A stretch of DNA of 42,821 nt, from assembly GCA_025458985.1 (NCBI GenBank), contig JALORM010000001.1:1-42821 (forward strand), in the 5' to 3' direction. The DNA is from Paracoccaceae bacterium (GTDB lineage Bacteria; Pseudomonadota; Alphaproteobacteria; Rhodobacterales; Rhodobacteraceae). Shown here one piece after another: positions 1-7,268 of this stretch (positions within the stretch are counted from its first letter, which is position 1; the number at the start of each line of letters is the position of its first letter). A program made the position numbers and the translations under genes. The notes beneath the pieces are model-generated. The model was not told the origin of the DNA. It ran no database searches and saw only the letters and a list, made by a program, of their open reading frames with translations.

Positions 1-81
1 CCCTGCGGGGCCGGCATCCCGAACGCCAGAGAGGAAATCAAATGAGAACGACTGCAGAATACCAGGCGATGATCGTGGACG
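1..81. repeat. terminal direct repeat, copy 1 (identical to 42741..42821)
   Basis: Base-by-base comparison of the first and last 81 nt shows identity. Confidence 0.95.
18..35 (+). repeat. 18-bp leader repeat CCCGAACGCCAGAGAGGA (copy upstream of the LRR gene)
   Basis: A perfect second copy lies at 792..809. Both supply the AGAGAGGA Shine-Dalgarno for the next ATG. Confidence 0.9.
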
Positions 82-758
82 GCTCGCTCGACCTCTGGGG
101 CAACCAGATCAGCGACGTGTCGCCGCTCGCCGGGCTGACCGGGCTGACGGAGCTCTACCTCGGAGGCAACCAGATCAGCGACGTGTCGCCGCTCGCCGGG
201 CTGACCGGGCTGACGGTGCTCCACCTCGGGGGCAACCAGATCAGCGACGTGTCGCCGCTCGCCGGGCTGACCGGGCTGACGGAGCTCTACCTCGGGGGCA
301 ACCAGATCAGCGACGTGTCGCCGCTCGCCGGGCTGACCGGACTGACGGCGCTCCACCTCGGGGGCAACCAGATCGGCGACGTGTCGCCGCTCGCCGGACT
401 GACCGGGCTGACGACGCTCGACCTCGGGGGCAACCAGATCAGCAACGTGTCGCCGCTCGTCGGGCTGACTGGGCTGACGAAGCTCCAGCTCGGGCGCAAC
501 CAGATCAGCGACGTGTCGCCGCTCGCCGGGCTGACCGGGCTGACGGTGCTCTACCTCTGGGGCAACCAGATCAGCGACGTGTCGCCGCTCGCCGGGCTGA
601 CCGGGCTGACGGAGCTCGACCTCTGGGGCAACCAGATCAGCGACGTGTCGCCGCTCGCCGGACTGACCGGGCTGACGGAGCTCTACCTCGGGGACAACCA
701 GATCAGCGACGTGTCGCCGCTGCGGCTAGCGCTGCCGAATGCGCAAATCTTTCCGTGA
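42..758 (+). CDS. leucine-rich repeat (LRR) protein with 9 full and 1 partial 22-aa internalin-type repeats
   Basis: The RBS AGAGAGGA lies 6 nt before the ATG. The repeat GNQISDVSPLAGLTGLTxLxLx fits the LxxLxLxxNxIxDIxxL consensus. No signal peptide is visible. Confidence 0.9.
   Translation: MRTTAEYQAMIVDGSLDLWGNQISDVSPLAGLTGLTELYLGGNQISDVSPLAGLTGLTVLHLGGNQISDVSPLAGLTGLTELYLGGNQISDVSPLAGLTGLTALHLGGNQIGDVSPLAGLTGLTTLDLGGNQISNVSPLVGLTGLTKLQLGRNQISDVSPLAGLTGLTVLYLWGNQISDVSPLAGLTGLTELDLWGNQISDVSPLAGLTGLTELYLGDNQISDVSPLRLALPNAQIFP
87..728 (+). repeat. tandem array of near-identical 66-bp units (the LRR coding repeats)
   Basis: The unit ggcaaccagatcagcgacgtgtcgccgctcgccgggctgaccgggctgacg recurs with few substitutions. 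Confidence 0.9.
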
Positions 759-791
759 CGCTACGACTGTGGGGCGATACGCCGCCCCATT

Positions 792-809
792 CCCGAACGC
801 CAGAGAGGA
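792..809 (+). repeat. 18-bp leader repeat CCCGAACGCCAGAGAGGA (copy upstream of dnaN)
   Basis: Perfect match to 18..35. Confidence 0.9.
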
Positions 810-816
810 TACGAAG

Positions 817-1932
817 ATGACCGTCACCATTCACTCGACCGACCTCGCCCCCGTCCTGCGCACGGCCGCCGCCGCGATCGAGCGGCGCAACCCTATTCCG
901 ATCCTCGGGATGCTGCGCCTGACTGCCGCCGCTGGCGCAGACGTGGCGACAGTGACCGCCACCGATCTTGACATCGAGATCGCAACCGAGGTTCCGGCCT
1001 CGGCCGAGGCCGACCTAGACATCGCCGTTGCCCCCAGCCGCCTCGCAATGGCCTGCGCGGGCTACAGGGGGGATGTCCGGCTGTCGCTGTCGCGCGAGGG
1101 GCAAGCAGAAATCCTTACCATTGCCGCCGCCGATATGACGCAGCGGGTGCGCTCGATCCTTCCGTCCACCGAATTCCCGGTGATGCGGCGCGCAGAGGGT
1201 GACGGCTTCGATCTGGCCGAGGCCGACCTTTGGGCGGCTCTGCACAACACCCTGCCATGCGTCTCGACCGAGGAAACCCGCTACTACCTGAATGGCGTGT
1301 ATCTCGACGCCATGAAGGGCTGCGCGGTCGCGACCGACGGGTGGCGTCTTGCCAGATACGACCTGATTGGCATCGCGCCGATGCAGGCCGGTGCGATCCT
1401 GCCCACCAAGGCCGCCAAGCTTCTGCTTGGCCTTCTGCGGCGCGACGGCAATCGCCTAGTGTGCGCTCAGTTCGCCATGAGCGAGCGTCGCAAAGACAAG
1501 TCATCCGACCCGGAGCCGTGGCCAGACCGGATGACATTCACGGTCGGAGACGCGCAGATCACGACCAAGATAATCGACGGCACCTATCCCGACTGGACTC
1601 GCGTCATCCCTGCGCCCAGCGACGCGATCTCGGTCGCGGTGTCGCGCGCGGCGGTACAGCAGGTCACGGCGCTCTGCGATCTTGATGAACCCATCGCCAT
1701 CAGCCCGGAAACCGGAAAGCTGACCGTCAAGACCGCCGACGGCGACCTGACAGAGGTCTCCGGCCAGCCCGGGCAAGGCGAACGGTTCAGCCTGAAAGCC
1801 CGCTACCTCCGCGACATCCTTGGCCGCCACGATCCGGCTCGCTTGAGCGGCAAGGACGCAAATCACCCGCTCATGGTCGCAACGGAAGACCCTCGGCTTC
1901 TGCACGTGTTCATGCCCATGCTGCTGGACTGA
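817..1932 (+). CDS. dnaN: DNA polymerase III beta sliding clamp homologue
   Basis: Uses the internal ATG at 817 after AGAGAGGA. Motifs IPILGMLRL, TATDLDIEI, STEETRYYLNGVY, ATDGWRLA and KIIDGTYPDWTRVIP, plus a C-terminal PMLL, match the DnaN pattern (recalled, not searched). Confidence 0.85.
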   Translation: MTVTIHSTDLAPVLRTAAAAIERRNPIPILGMLRLTAAAGADVATVTATDLDIEIATEVPASAEADLDIAVAPSRLAMACAGYRGDVRLSLSREGQAEILTIAAADMTQRVRSILPSTEFPVMRRAEGDGFDLAEADLWAALHNTLPCVSTEETRYYLNGVYLDAMKGCAVATDGWRLARYDLIGIAPMQAGAILPTKAAKLLLGLLRRDGNRLVCAQFAMSERRKDKSSDPEPWPDRMTFTVGDAQITTKIIDGTYPDWTRVIPAPSDAISVAVSRAAVQQVTALCDLDEPIAISPETGKLTVKTADGDLTEVSGQPGQGERFSLKARYLRDILGRHDPARLSGKDANHPLMVATEDPRLLHVFMPMLLD

Positions 1933-2073
1933 CGAGACCCCCGCCGACGTGGGCAGATTGCCCGGTGACGCGGCGGGGTAGCAGGGGCTGCGGGGTGCCG
2001 GAGCTACCGCGCTTGCAACACCGGAGCCGGGGTCGGTGCCTGCGAAACCCCGGCGCAGATAGGAGACTGACAG

Positions 2074-2238
2074 ATGAACCCGAATGCATGGAAAGAATAC
2101 GCGGCCGATTTCATCGCCATTTCGGATGCCGAAATCGAGCGGGAAAAAGATCGGGCCGCAGAACTGATCGCCGAGCAAGAGCAATGGCTCGAAGCCATCG
2201 CCTCGTGGGAAGCAGCCGGAAAGCCTAGGAGAGAATGA
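2074..2238 (+). CDS. small hypothetical protein (54 aa, below the ORF-track cutoff)
   Basis: The 12-mer AGGAGACTGACA lies 1 nt upstream of the ATG. The translation MNPNAWKEYAADFIAISDAEIEREKDRAAELIAEQEQWLEAIASWEAAGKPRRE is protein-like, unlike the Arg-rich ORF 1965..2228. Confidence 0.45.
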   Translation: MNPNAWKEYAADFIAISDAEIEREKDRAAELIAEQEQWLEAIASWEAAGKPRRE

Positions 2239-2239
2239 C

Positions 2240-2587
2240 ATGGCCGACCCGACCGTAGAAGAACTGCGTCGCGAACTCGATGAGGCGTTCCGAGACGTCA
2301 TCAGAGCTCAGGGGCGCGAGACCAAGGCCCGCAACCGGCTCGACGCGCGCCTCATCGCGGACGCCGAGGCCGAGTTTGCCTCCCGGGGGATCACGCCCGG
2401 AAAGCGCGTGATCGGCAAGCACCGTTGGTCCCATGGGCCGGTCGAGGGTATCTACAAGGGCTTTGAGAGCCCTACGTATCACTGGGCAGACCCAGAGCCC
2501 GTCGTCATGGACATCAAGAAGGCCGGCAGCGCTCACGCGACCCGCCGGGTCTACGGCACGGACTGGCGACTGGCGGAGGGGGAGTGA
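2240..2587 (+). CDS. hypothetical protein
   Basis: ORF preceded by AGGAGAG, with balanced amino-acid composition. Confidence 0.65.
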   Translation: MADPTVEELRRELDEAFRDVIRAQGRETKARNRLDARLIADAEAEFASRGITPGKRVIGKHRWSHGPVEGIYKGFESPTYHWADPEPVVMDIKKAGSAHATRRVYGTDWRLAEGE

Positions 2588-2769
2588 TGCTCACGCTCAT
2601 TGCCACGCTCGCGGCTCTTGGCGCCACCACGTCCGGAGCGTTCTTCTGCTACGTCTCCTGGTCGGTCTGGCGCCAGGACGACATGCCGTCCGCGATCCTT
2701 GCCGCCGGCACGGCCGCCGGGTGCTTCGCCATCGCATTCGGATGCCTCTGGCTCGGGTGGGCGCTGTGA
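2584..2769 (+). CDS. small membrane protein (2 predicted TM segments)
   Basis: The GTG/ATG start overlaps the upstream stop. Two hydrophobic stretches are present. Confidence 0.6.
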   Translation: MMLTLIATLAALGATTSGAFFCYVSWSVWRQDDMPSAILAAGTAAGCFAIAFGCLWLGWAL

Positions 2770-2957
2770 TGACTCCCTCCGAAGCTGCCATCCACGCCCA
2801 GATCCTGCGCCAGGTCGTCCGCGGCGTCGGGCTGTCCGCCGTGCTCGACGAAATCGCGAAGATGATTGAGGAATACAAAGCCACAGACCACGATGAGGTT
2901 CTGCGGTTCGCGGCAAGAATGAAGAAGCTGGCCGATGAATTGGAGGGCCGGGAATGA
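2769..2957 (+). CDS. hypothetical protein (62 aa)
   Basis: Internal ATG in a TGATG junction with the upstream stop. The N-terminal part of ORF 2433..2957 is Arg-rich and overlaps other genes. Confidence 0.55.
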   Translation: MTPSEAAIHAQILRQVVRGVGLSAVLDEIAKMIEEYKATDHDEVLRFAARMKKLADELEGRE

Positions 2958-3181
2958 AAATTGACTTGCGCGTCACAATCCCGTTCGTTCTCCCCTTCGT
3001 TATACTGGCAACATTCCGGCTCCTATGGCTGTTTGGGGGCGCAGATTGGAACGGCAACGCAATCGTAGTGATATGTGCAATCAGCGGCTTTATCGCCGGA
3101 TGCGTAATAGCGTTCATTCTCTTTGTAGCAGGCGTATCCATCGGAACAATCACCATTAGCCGCAACGGTGGCAAGAAATGA
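2954..3181 (+). CDS. small membrane protein encoded by a visibly lower-GC segment
   Basis: ATGA overlap with the upstream gene. Hydrophobic segments include FVLPFVILATFRLLWLF and GFIAGCVIAFILFVAGV. Confidence 0.65.
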   Translation: MKIDLRVTIPFVLPFVILATFRLLWLFGGADWNGNAIVVICAISGFIAGCVIAFILFVAGVSIGTITISRNGGKK

Positions 3182-3435
3182 CCGAAGAACTCGAACTGCT
3201 GATTGCCCGAGCCCGCCGCGAATGGGAAGCCAAATCCCCAGCCGACCGCGAAGCCATGATCGCCGCGCAGAAAGTCAACTACGCCGTTTCGGAAGCCGCG
3301 TGGGGCAGCGATGCCGACGAGGCCGCCTATCGCGCTGCGTACGAAGCGGGCGACGAAGCCGAAATGGCACGGCTTGAGGCCGAGTCGCAGGCCCGAATGG
3401 ACGCGTCCAGAAAGCGGATGGAGGGGCGGGAATGA
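3178..3435 (+). CDS. hypothetical acidic protein
   Basis: ATGA overlaps at both ends. Confidence 0.6.
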   Translation: MTEELELLIARARREWEAKSPADREAMIAAQKVNYAVSEAAWGSDADEAAYRAAYEAGDEAEMARLEAESQARMDASRKRMEGRE

Positions 3436-4103
3436 ACACCGAATGGGGCGAAATCAATATCGACGTGGACGCATCCGATCCTTCGGATGTTGTTCTGTGG
3501 GCTAATGGTGAGTTCGTCGGCAACGTGGGCCACCGAGTTCAGGCGGTCGGACAGGTGTTCGACGTCGACAGGGCCTTTGCCGACGAGATTGCGAGGCGCT
3601 GGGCGTTGGCTAATGCCGCAGAGGCCGAGCGAGACGCCTACCGGGCCGAACTTTCAGCCGTCATGCCGGCCGACTTCGCGGACTGGCACGAGAACAACTC
3701 GCAGGAATGGCCTCAGGTGGCAGCGGGAGTGATCCGCAGCCTGCGGGAGAGGGAGCAATTGGGCTGGGCGGCGGCCGAAGAGGCTAATGCCGAGATCGCG
3801 CGCCTACGTGCGGCGCTCGCCCACAGTGACCAACCCTGCGCCTATTGCACACTCCCAGCAAACGAGTGGGGGAAATGCAAGAGTGGTTTTCCGGGATGCG
3901 CCCGATCTGACGATGCAATGGGCTGCCCTGAGCTGGGGGCGGCGCTGCAATGTGTGCATCTCGAAGAAGAAATCGAGAGACTGCGGGCGGCACTGGAACG
4001 CCTGCGCGATTGCGATTGGGTGATCCCCCCGCACGATCGGATGGACGCGGTGCGCGAGATCGCCCGCGCCGCCCTCACCCCCAAGGAGCCGACCGATGGC
4101 TGA
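3432..4103 (+). CDS. hypothetical protein with a Cys-rich central segment
   Basis: ORF with an ATGA overlap upstream and an 8-nt ATGGCTGA overlap downstream. Confidence 0.65.
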   Translation: MNTEWGEINIDVDASDPSDVVLWANGEFVGNVGHRVQAVGQVFDVDRAFADEIARRWALANAAEAERDAYRAELSAVMPADFADWHENNSQEWPQVAAGVIRSLREREQLGWAAAEEANAEIARLRAALAHSDQPCAYCTLPANEWGKCKSGFPGCARSDDAMGCPELGAALQCVHLEEEIERLRAALERLRDCDWVIPPHDRMDAVREIARAALTPKEPTDG

Positions 4104-4104
4104 T
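4084..4104 (+). repeat. 21-bp direct repeat AGGAGCCGACCGATGGCTGAT (copy 1)
   Basis: A perfect second copy lies at 4406..4426. It contains the RBS, the ATG and the upstream TGA. Confidence 0.9.
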
Positions 4105-4425
4105 GTCATTCGCACCGATACCGAACATATGCGCGTCTCTGGTAAGTGGTTTCGGACCGCTGATTTGGCTGACGCCGCCTTTGACTTGGTTCGACGTGCC
4201 GGAAGCGAAAACCCGGCCTTCGACATGCCGCCTTTCTTCTACACAGGCAGTCCCTACGGCGAGGCCCTTCTAGCGCTTGGCGTGGCGCCTTGTGATCCGC
4301 CACCGTCATACCGCGTCATGTTCACGCCTCATTTCGGGAAGTCGCCATGGTGGCGCCGTGCGCCAATTTGGCCGAGTGTTTTTGGCGTCGATCCAGCGCT
4401 GAACGAGGAGCCGACCGATGGCTGA
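4096..4425 (+). CDS. hypothetical protein exactly bracketed by the 21-bp direct repeats
   Basis: The ORF starts in repeat copy 1 and stops in repeat copy 2. Confidence 0.6.
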   Translation: MADVIRTDTEHMRVSGKWFRTADLADAAFDLVRRAGSENPAFDMPPFFYTGSPYGEALLALGVAPCDPPPSYRVMFTPHFGKSPWWRRAPIWPSVFGVDPALNEEPTDG

Positions 4426-4426
4426 T
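4406..4426 (+). repeat. 21-bp direct repeat AGGAGCCGACCGATGGCTGAT (copy 2)
   Basis: Perfect match to 4084..4104. Confidence 0.9.
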
Positions 4427-4909
4427 TTCTGCAAAGACTGCTCGATTGCCATCTTTGGAGAAGACTTCGGGGACCTAGCGAACCTTGGAAACGGCGAGGT
4501 ACTTCAACCGGGCTACGGCTACCCTGTCGTATGCGAGGTCTGCGGCCCTATCCTTGTAGACGATGAAGGCAAGCGCCTCCCCCGGAGCCGACCGATGCCA
4601 CCTGACCGCGTCCGCCTCGACCCCGACCACGCCGGCTGGAACGACCAGGTTGTCGGCTGGGCGTCGGAAGCCCGCGACGATCAGGGCCGCTCGATAGCCC
4701 CGGCCGACTGGCCGGAATACGTCACGCTTGCCGCCGCCGAGGCCTTCGGCCTCGCGGTGGCCAAGGCGGCGCTGGAACGGGCGGTGCAGGTGGCCGACCG
4801 CCTTTTCTATCCTGACGAAACGAAGATCAGCGCCAGCATTCGCGAGGCCATCCGCGCCATCGACCCCGCCGAAATCATCGCGGAAGTGAAGGAGGGGAGA
4901 GGGGAATGA
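4418..4909 (+). CDS. hypothetical protein with an N-terminal zinc-ribbon-like CxxC...CxxC
   Basis: The N-terminus MADFCKDCSIA...VVCEVCGP contains the two CxxC pairs. Confidence 0.65.
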   Translation: MADFCKDCSIAIFGEDFGDLANLGNGEVLQPGYGYPVVCEVCGPILVDDEGKRLPRSRPMPPDRVRLDPDHAGWNDQVVGWASEARDDQGRSIAPADWPEYVTLAAAEAFGLAVAKAALERAVQVADRLFYPDETKISASIREAIRAIDPAEIIAEVKEGRGE

Positions 4910-5091
4910 GCTACGCAGTCGTCGGCGAAACGATTGAACTGCGCCGGGGTCCGAGGCGGGGCGAGCGGGTTGTAGTTCTCGAAGTCTGCTGGTCTGGCGG
5001 CGATGAATACTACGTCGGAAAATCCCCCACGATGGGGCGTGTGAGGTGGAACTGGAAGGCTGTTCTCAACGTATCGAGGGGCGAAGTATGA
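4906..5091 (+). CDS. hypothetical protein (61 aa)
   Basis: ATGA overlaps at both ends. Confidence 0.5.
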   Translation: MSYAVVGETIELRRGPRRGERVVVLEVCWSGGDEYYVGKSPTMGRVRWNWKAVLNVSRGEV

Positions 5092-5192
5092 CCGCCCTCG
5101 CCGATCTTCTCGCCGCCGCGGCCCTGTGGATCGCGCTCACCGCCGGGACGGTGCTGGTAGCCGTCCAGGCCGCTGCGTGGTGGTGGGGATGA
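5088..5192 (+). CDS. 34-aa single-TM peptide (below the ORF-track cutoff)
   Basis: Translation is MTALADLLAAAALWIALTAGTVLVAVQAAAWWWG. ATGA overlaps on both sides link 4906..5091 to 5189..5827. Confidence 0.4.
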   Translation: MTALADLLAAAALWIALTAGTVLVAVQAAAWWWG

Positions 5193-5827
5193 TCGCCGCG
5201 CTCTTTGTCGAGACCGGGGGTTCGTACTGGAACCTCGACGGCGTTGACCCGTGGGACGAAGCCCGCGACGCCCGGCGGTACGCTGGCCCGTGGCCAGTCG
5301 TGGCGCATCCGCCGTGCCAGCGGTGGGGCAAGTTCTGGGCTGGCCAGCCGCTGCACATCGCGCGGACGGGCGAGCGGAAGCGCAAGGGCGACGACGGCGG
5401 GTGCTTTGCAGCGGCGCTGGCGTCAGTCCGGGAGTGGGGCGGCGTGCTGGAACACCCGTGGGGCAGCCATGCATGGCCACACTTCGGCCTCGCGGTGCCA
5501 CCAAGAGCCGGCGGGTGGATCATCGCCGACGACTACGGATGGACCTGTTGTGTCGAACAAGGCCAGTACGGACACTATGCCCGGAAGCCCACGCTGCTTT
5601 ACGCCGTCGGCGTTCGGCTTCCCGATCTGCGATGGGGCAAGACCGAACCGACGTTCCCCAAATGGGCGCTTGATCGCTACGGGCTGGCCAAATGCAAGCG
5701 CGCCGGGGAACTGGCCTTCAAGGGCGGCGGCAAGGATAACAAGCACCGGATCGGCACGCCGCCGGAGTTCCGCGACCTGCTGATCGGCATGGCCCGGTCG
5801 GTTGCCATGCAGGAGCCCGCCCAGTGA
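5189..5827 (+). CDS. short C5-cytosine-methyltransferase-like protein (212 aa)
   Basis: ATG at 5189 after GGGG. LFVETGG resembles motif I, HPPCQ motif IV (PCQ), VLEHP motif VI (ENV) and IGTPPEF motif X. The space between them is too short for a normal target-recognition domain. Confidence 0.5.
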   Translation: MIAALFVETGGSYWNLDGVDPWDEARDARRYAGPWPVVAHPPCQRWGKFWAGQPLHIARTGERKRKGDDGGCFAAALASVREWGGVLEHPWGSHAWPHFGLAVPPRAGGWIIADDYGWTCCVEQGQYGHYARKPTLLYAVGVRLPDLRWGKTEPTFPKWALDRYGLAKCKRAGELAFKGGGKDNKHRIGTPPEFRDLLIGMARSVAMQEPAQ

Positions 5828-6150
5828 CCTGCCTCGCCGCCCTCTGCCTCGTCGGCGCGCTCGCGGTTGACGGCGACACGCTGCGCCTGGACGGCCAGCG
5901 CTACCGGCTCTGGGGGATCGACGCCCCCGAAATGCGCGAGCCCGCCGGCCCGGGCGCCAAGCGCGCGCTGGCCGGCCTGATCGCCGGTCAGCCGCTCGCC
6001 TGCGATTGGATCGACACCGACCGCTACGGTCGCCCCGTGGTCCGCTGCGACCTGCCGGACGGCCGCGACCTGTCCTGCGCGATGGCGGCGACGGGCCGGG
6101 CGACAGACTGGCCGAGGTATTCGGCCGGGAGATACGAGGGGTGCGGATGA
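5824..6150 (+). CDS. staphylococcal-nuclease-like (SNase/thermonuclease family) nuclease with a hydrophobic N-terminus
   Basis: GTG start in a GTGA overlap. The motif DGDTLRLDGQRYRLWGIDAPE is present. Confidence 0.75.
   Translation: MTCLAALCLVGALAVDGDTLRLDGQRYRLWGIDAPEMREPAGPGAKRALAGLIAGQPLACDWIDTDRYGRPVVRCDLPDGRDLSCAMAATGRATDWPRYSAGRYEGCG
6126..6145 (+). repeat. 20-bp direct repeat CGGGAGATA(C/T)GAGGGGTGCG (copy 1)
   Basis: The second copy at 6938..6957 has 1 mismatch. It encodes the GRYEGC tail and contains the GAGGGG RBS. Confidence 0.85.
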
Positions 6151-6965
6151 TGCCGGCGATCCTACGTTATCACGGCGGCAAAGTCAGGTTGGCGTACCGG
6201 ATCGTGGCGGCCATGCCTCTGCACGAAACTTACGTCGAGCCCTACGGTGGCGGCGCGGCTGTTCTTCTGGCGAAATCGCGCGCGCGTCTAGAGGTTTACA
6301 ACGATCTCGACGGCGACATGGTGAACCTGTTCCGGGTCATCCGCGATGCGCCCGACGAACTCGCCGCAGCCATTGCCGCAACGCCGTTCGCGCGCGCCGA
6401 ACACGAACTGTCTTACCGCGACTGCACCGACGATCTGGAACGCGCGCGCAGGGTGCTGATTAGGTCGCACTTCGGACACGGCAGCTCTGGAATTCACCGC
6501 AAGACGGGGTTTCGCGCCGCGGGGCTCCGGGCTGGCGTCCTGCCCGTGCACACGTGGGCGTCGCTCCCTGCAGCGGTCAGAGAGACCGCTGAACGAATGC
6601 GCGGCGTTGTGATCGAGCGACGCCCTGCGGTTGATGTCATGCGCGCCCACGACAGCGCGGGTGCGCTTCACTACGTCGATCCTCCCTATCTGCCAGAGAC
6701 GCGGGACAGGGGGCGTGACTACGCCCACGAAATGACCCGTGCCGACCACATCGCAATGCTCGATGCGATCCTGCGGCTGCGTGGCAGCGTGATCCTCAGC
6801 GGATATGCCTCGCCGCTCTATGATGAGGCGCTGGCGGGGTGGAATCGGGTCGAGATCGCCTCGCGCGCCGACCGGGCCGCAGAACGCACGGAAGTCCTCT
6901 GGATGAGACTGCGCGAGGCGGGCGCGCTTTTCAGCGGCGGGAGATATGAGGGGTGCGAGAGATGA
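6147..6965 (+). CDS. dam: N6-adenine DNA methyltransferase, Dam-like (D12 class)
   Basis: Motifs YHGGK, EPYGGGAAV and DPPY are present. The start overlaps the upstream stop (ATGA). Confidence 0.9.
   Translation: MMPAILRYHGGKVRLAYRIVAAMPLHETYVEPYGGGAAVLLAKSRARLEVYNDLDGDMVNLFRVIRDAPDELAAAIAATPFARAEHELSYRDCTDDLERARRVLIRSHFGHGSSGIHRKTGFRAAGLRAGVLPVHTWASLPAAVRETAERMRGVVIERRPAVDVMRAHDSAGALHYVDPPYLPETRDRGRDYAHEMTRADHIAMLDAILRLRGSVILSGYASPLYDEALAGWNRVEIASRADRAAERTEVLWMRLREAGALFSGGRYEGCER
6938..6957 (+). repeat. 20-bp direct repeat (copy 2)
   Basis: Matches 6126..6145 at 19 of 20 positions. Confidence 0.85.
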
Positions 6966-7267
6966 GCGACCGACCGATGATTTTCAACGCGCCGATGGTG
7001 CGCGCCTTACTGGCCGGCAGGAAGACCCAGACGCGGCGGGTGCTCAGACCGCAGCCGCCCGTTGGGCTGATGCCGGGTTGCTACGCGGTACCGGGTGAAG
7101 CAATGCAGCGGATCAAGAATGAGATCGCCGGGCCCGGCTGCACCGCGGTTGAGGTGTATCCGCCGGCGGCAGAGGTCGTTGACGGCGCCAACATGTTCCA
7201 CATGTGGGTGCTGCCACTCGGGCTGCCGTTTGGCCTGCACGTTGGCGCCACCGGCGCGACCCCCTGA
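6962..7267 (+). CDS. conserved phage protein with the N-terminal PMVRALLAGRKTQTRR motif, possibly truncated
   Basis: ATGA overlap with dam. The N-terminus matches a widespread ASCH-like phage family, but the usual downstream GDRLWVRE-type motif is not seen. Confidence 0.55.
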   Translation: MSDRPMIFNAPMVRALLAGRKTQTRRVLRPQPPVGLMPGCYAVPGEAMQRIKNEIAGPGCTAVEVYPPAAEVVDGANMFHMWVLPLGLPFGLHVGATGATP

Positions 7268-7268
7268 C

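Noticed and set aside
1965-2228. An 87-aa ORF in the dnaN-downstream gap.
   Set aside because: Its sequence is Arg-rich and unprotein-like. The overlapping 54-aa frame starting at 2074 has the conserved AGGAGACTGACA RBS block and a balanced composition.
5126-5188. The longer N-terminus (MDRAHRRDG...) for the C5-MTase-like gene.
   Set aside because: The chain of ATGA-coupled genes (4906..5091, 5088..5192, 5189..) and the GGGG-ATG context support the start at 5189. The extension is Arg-rich.
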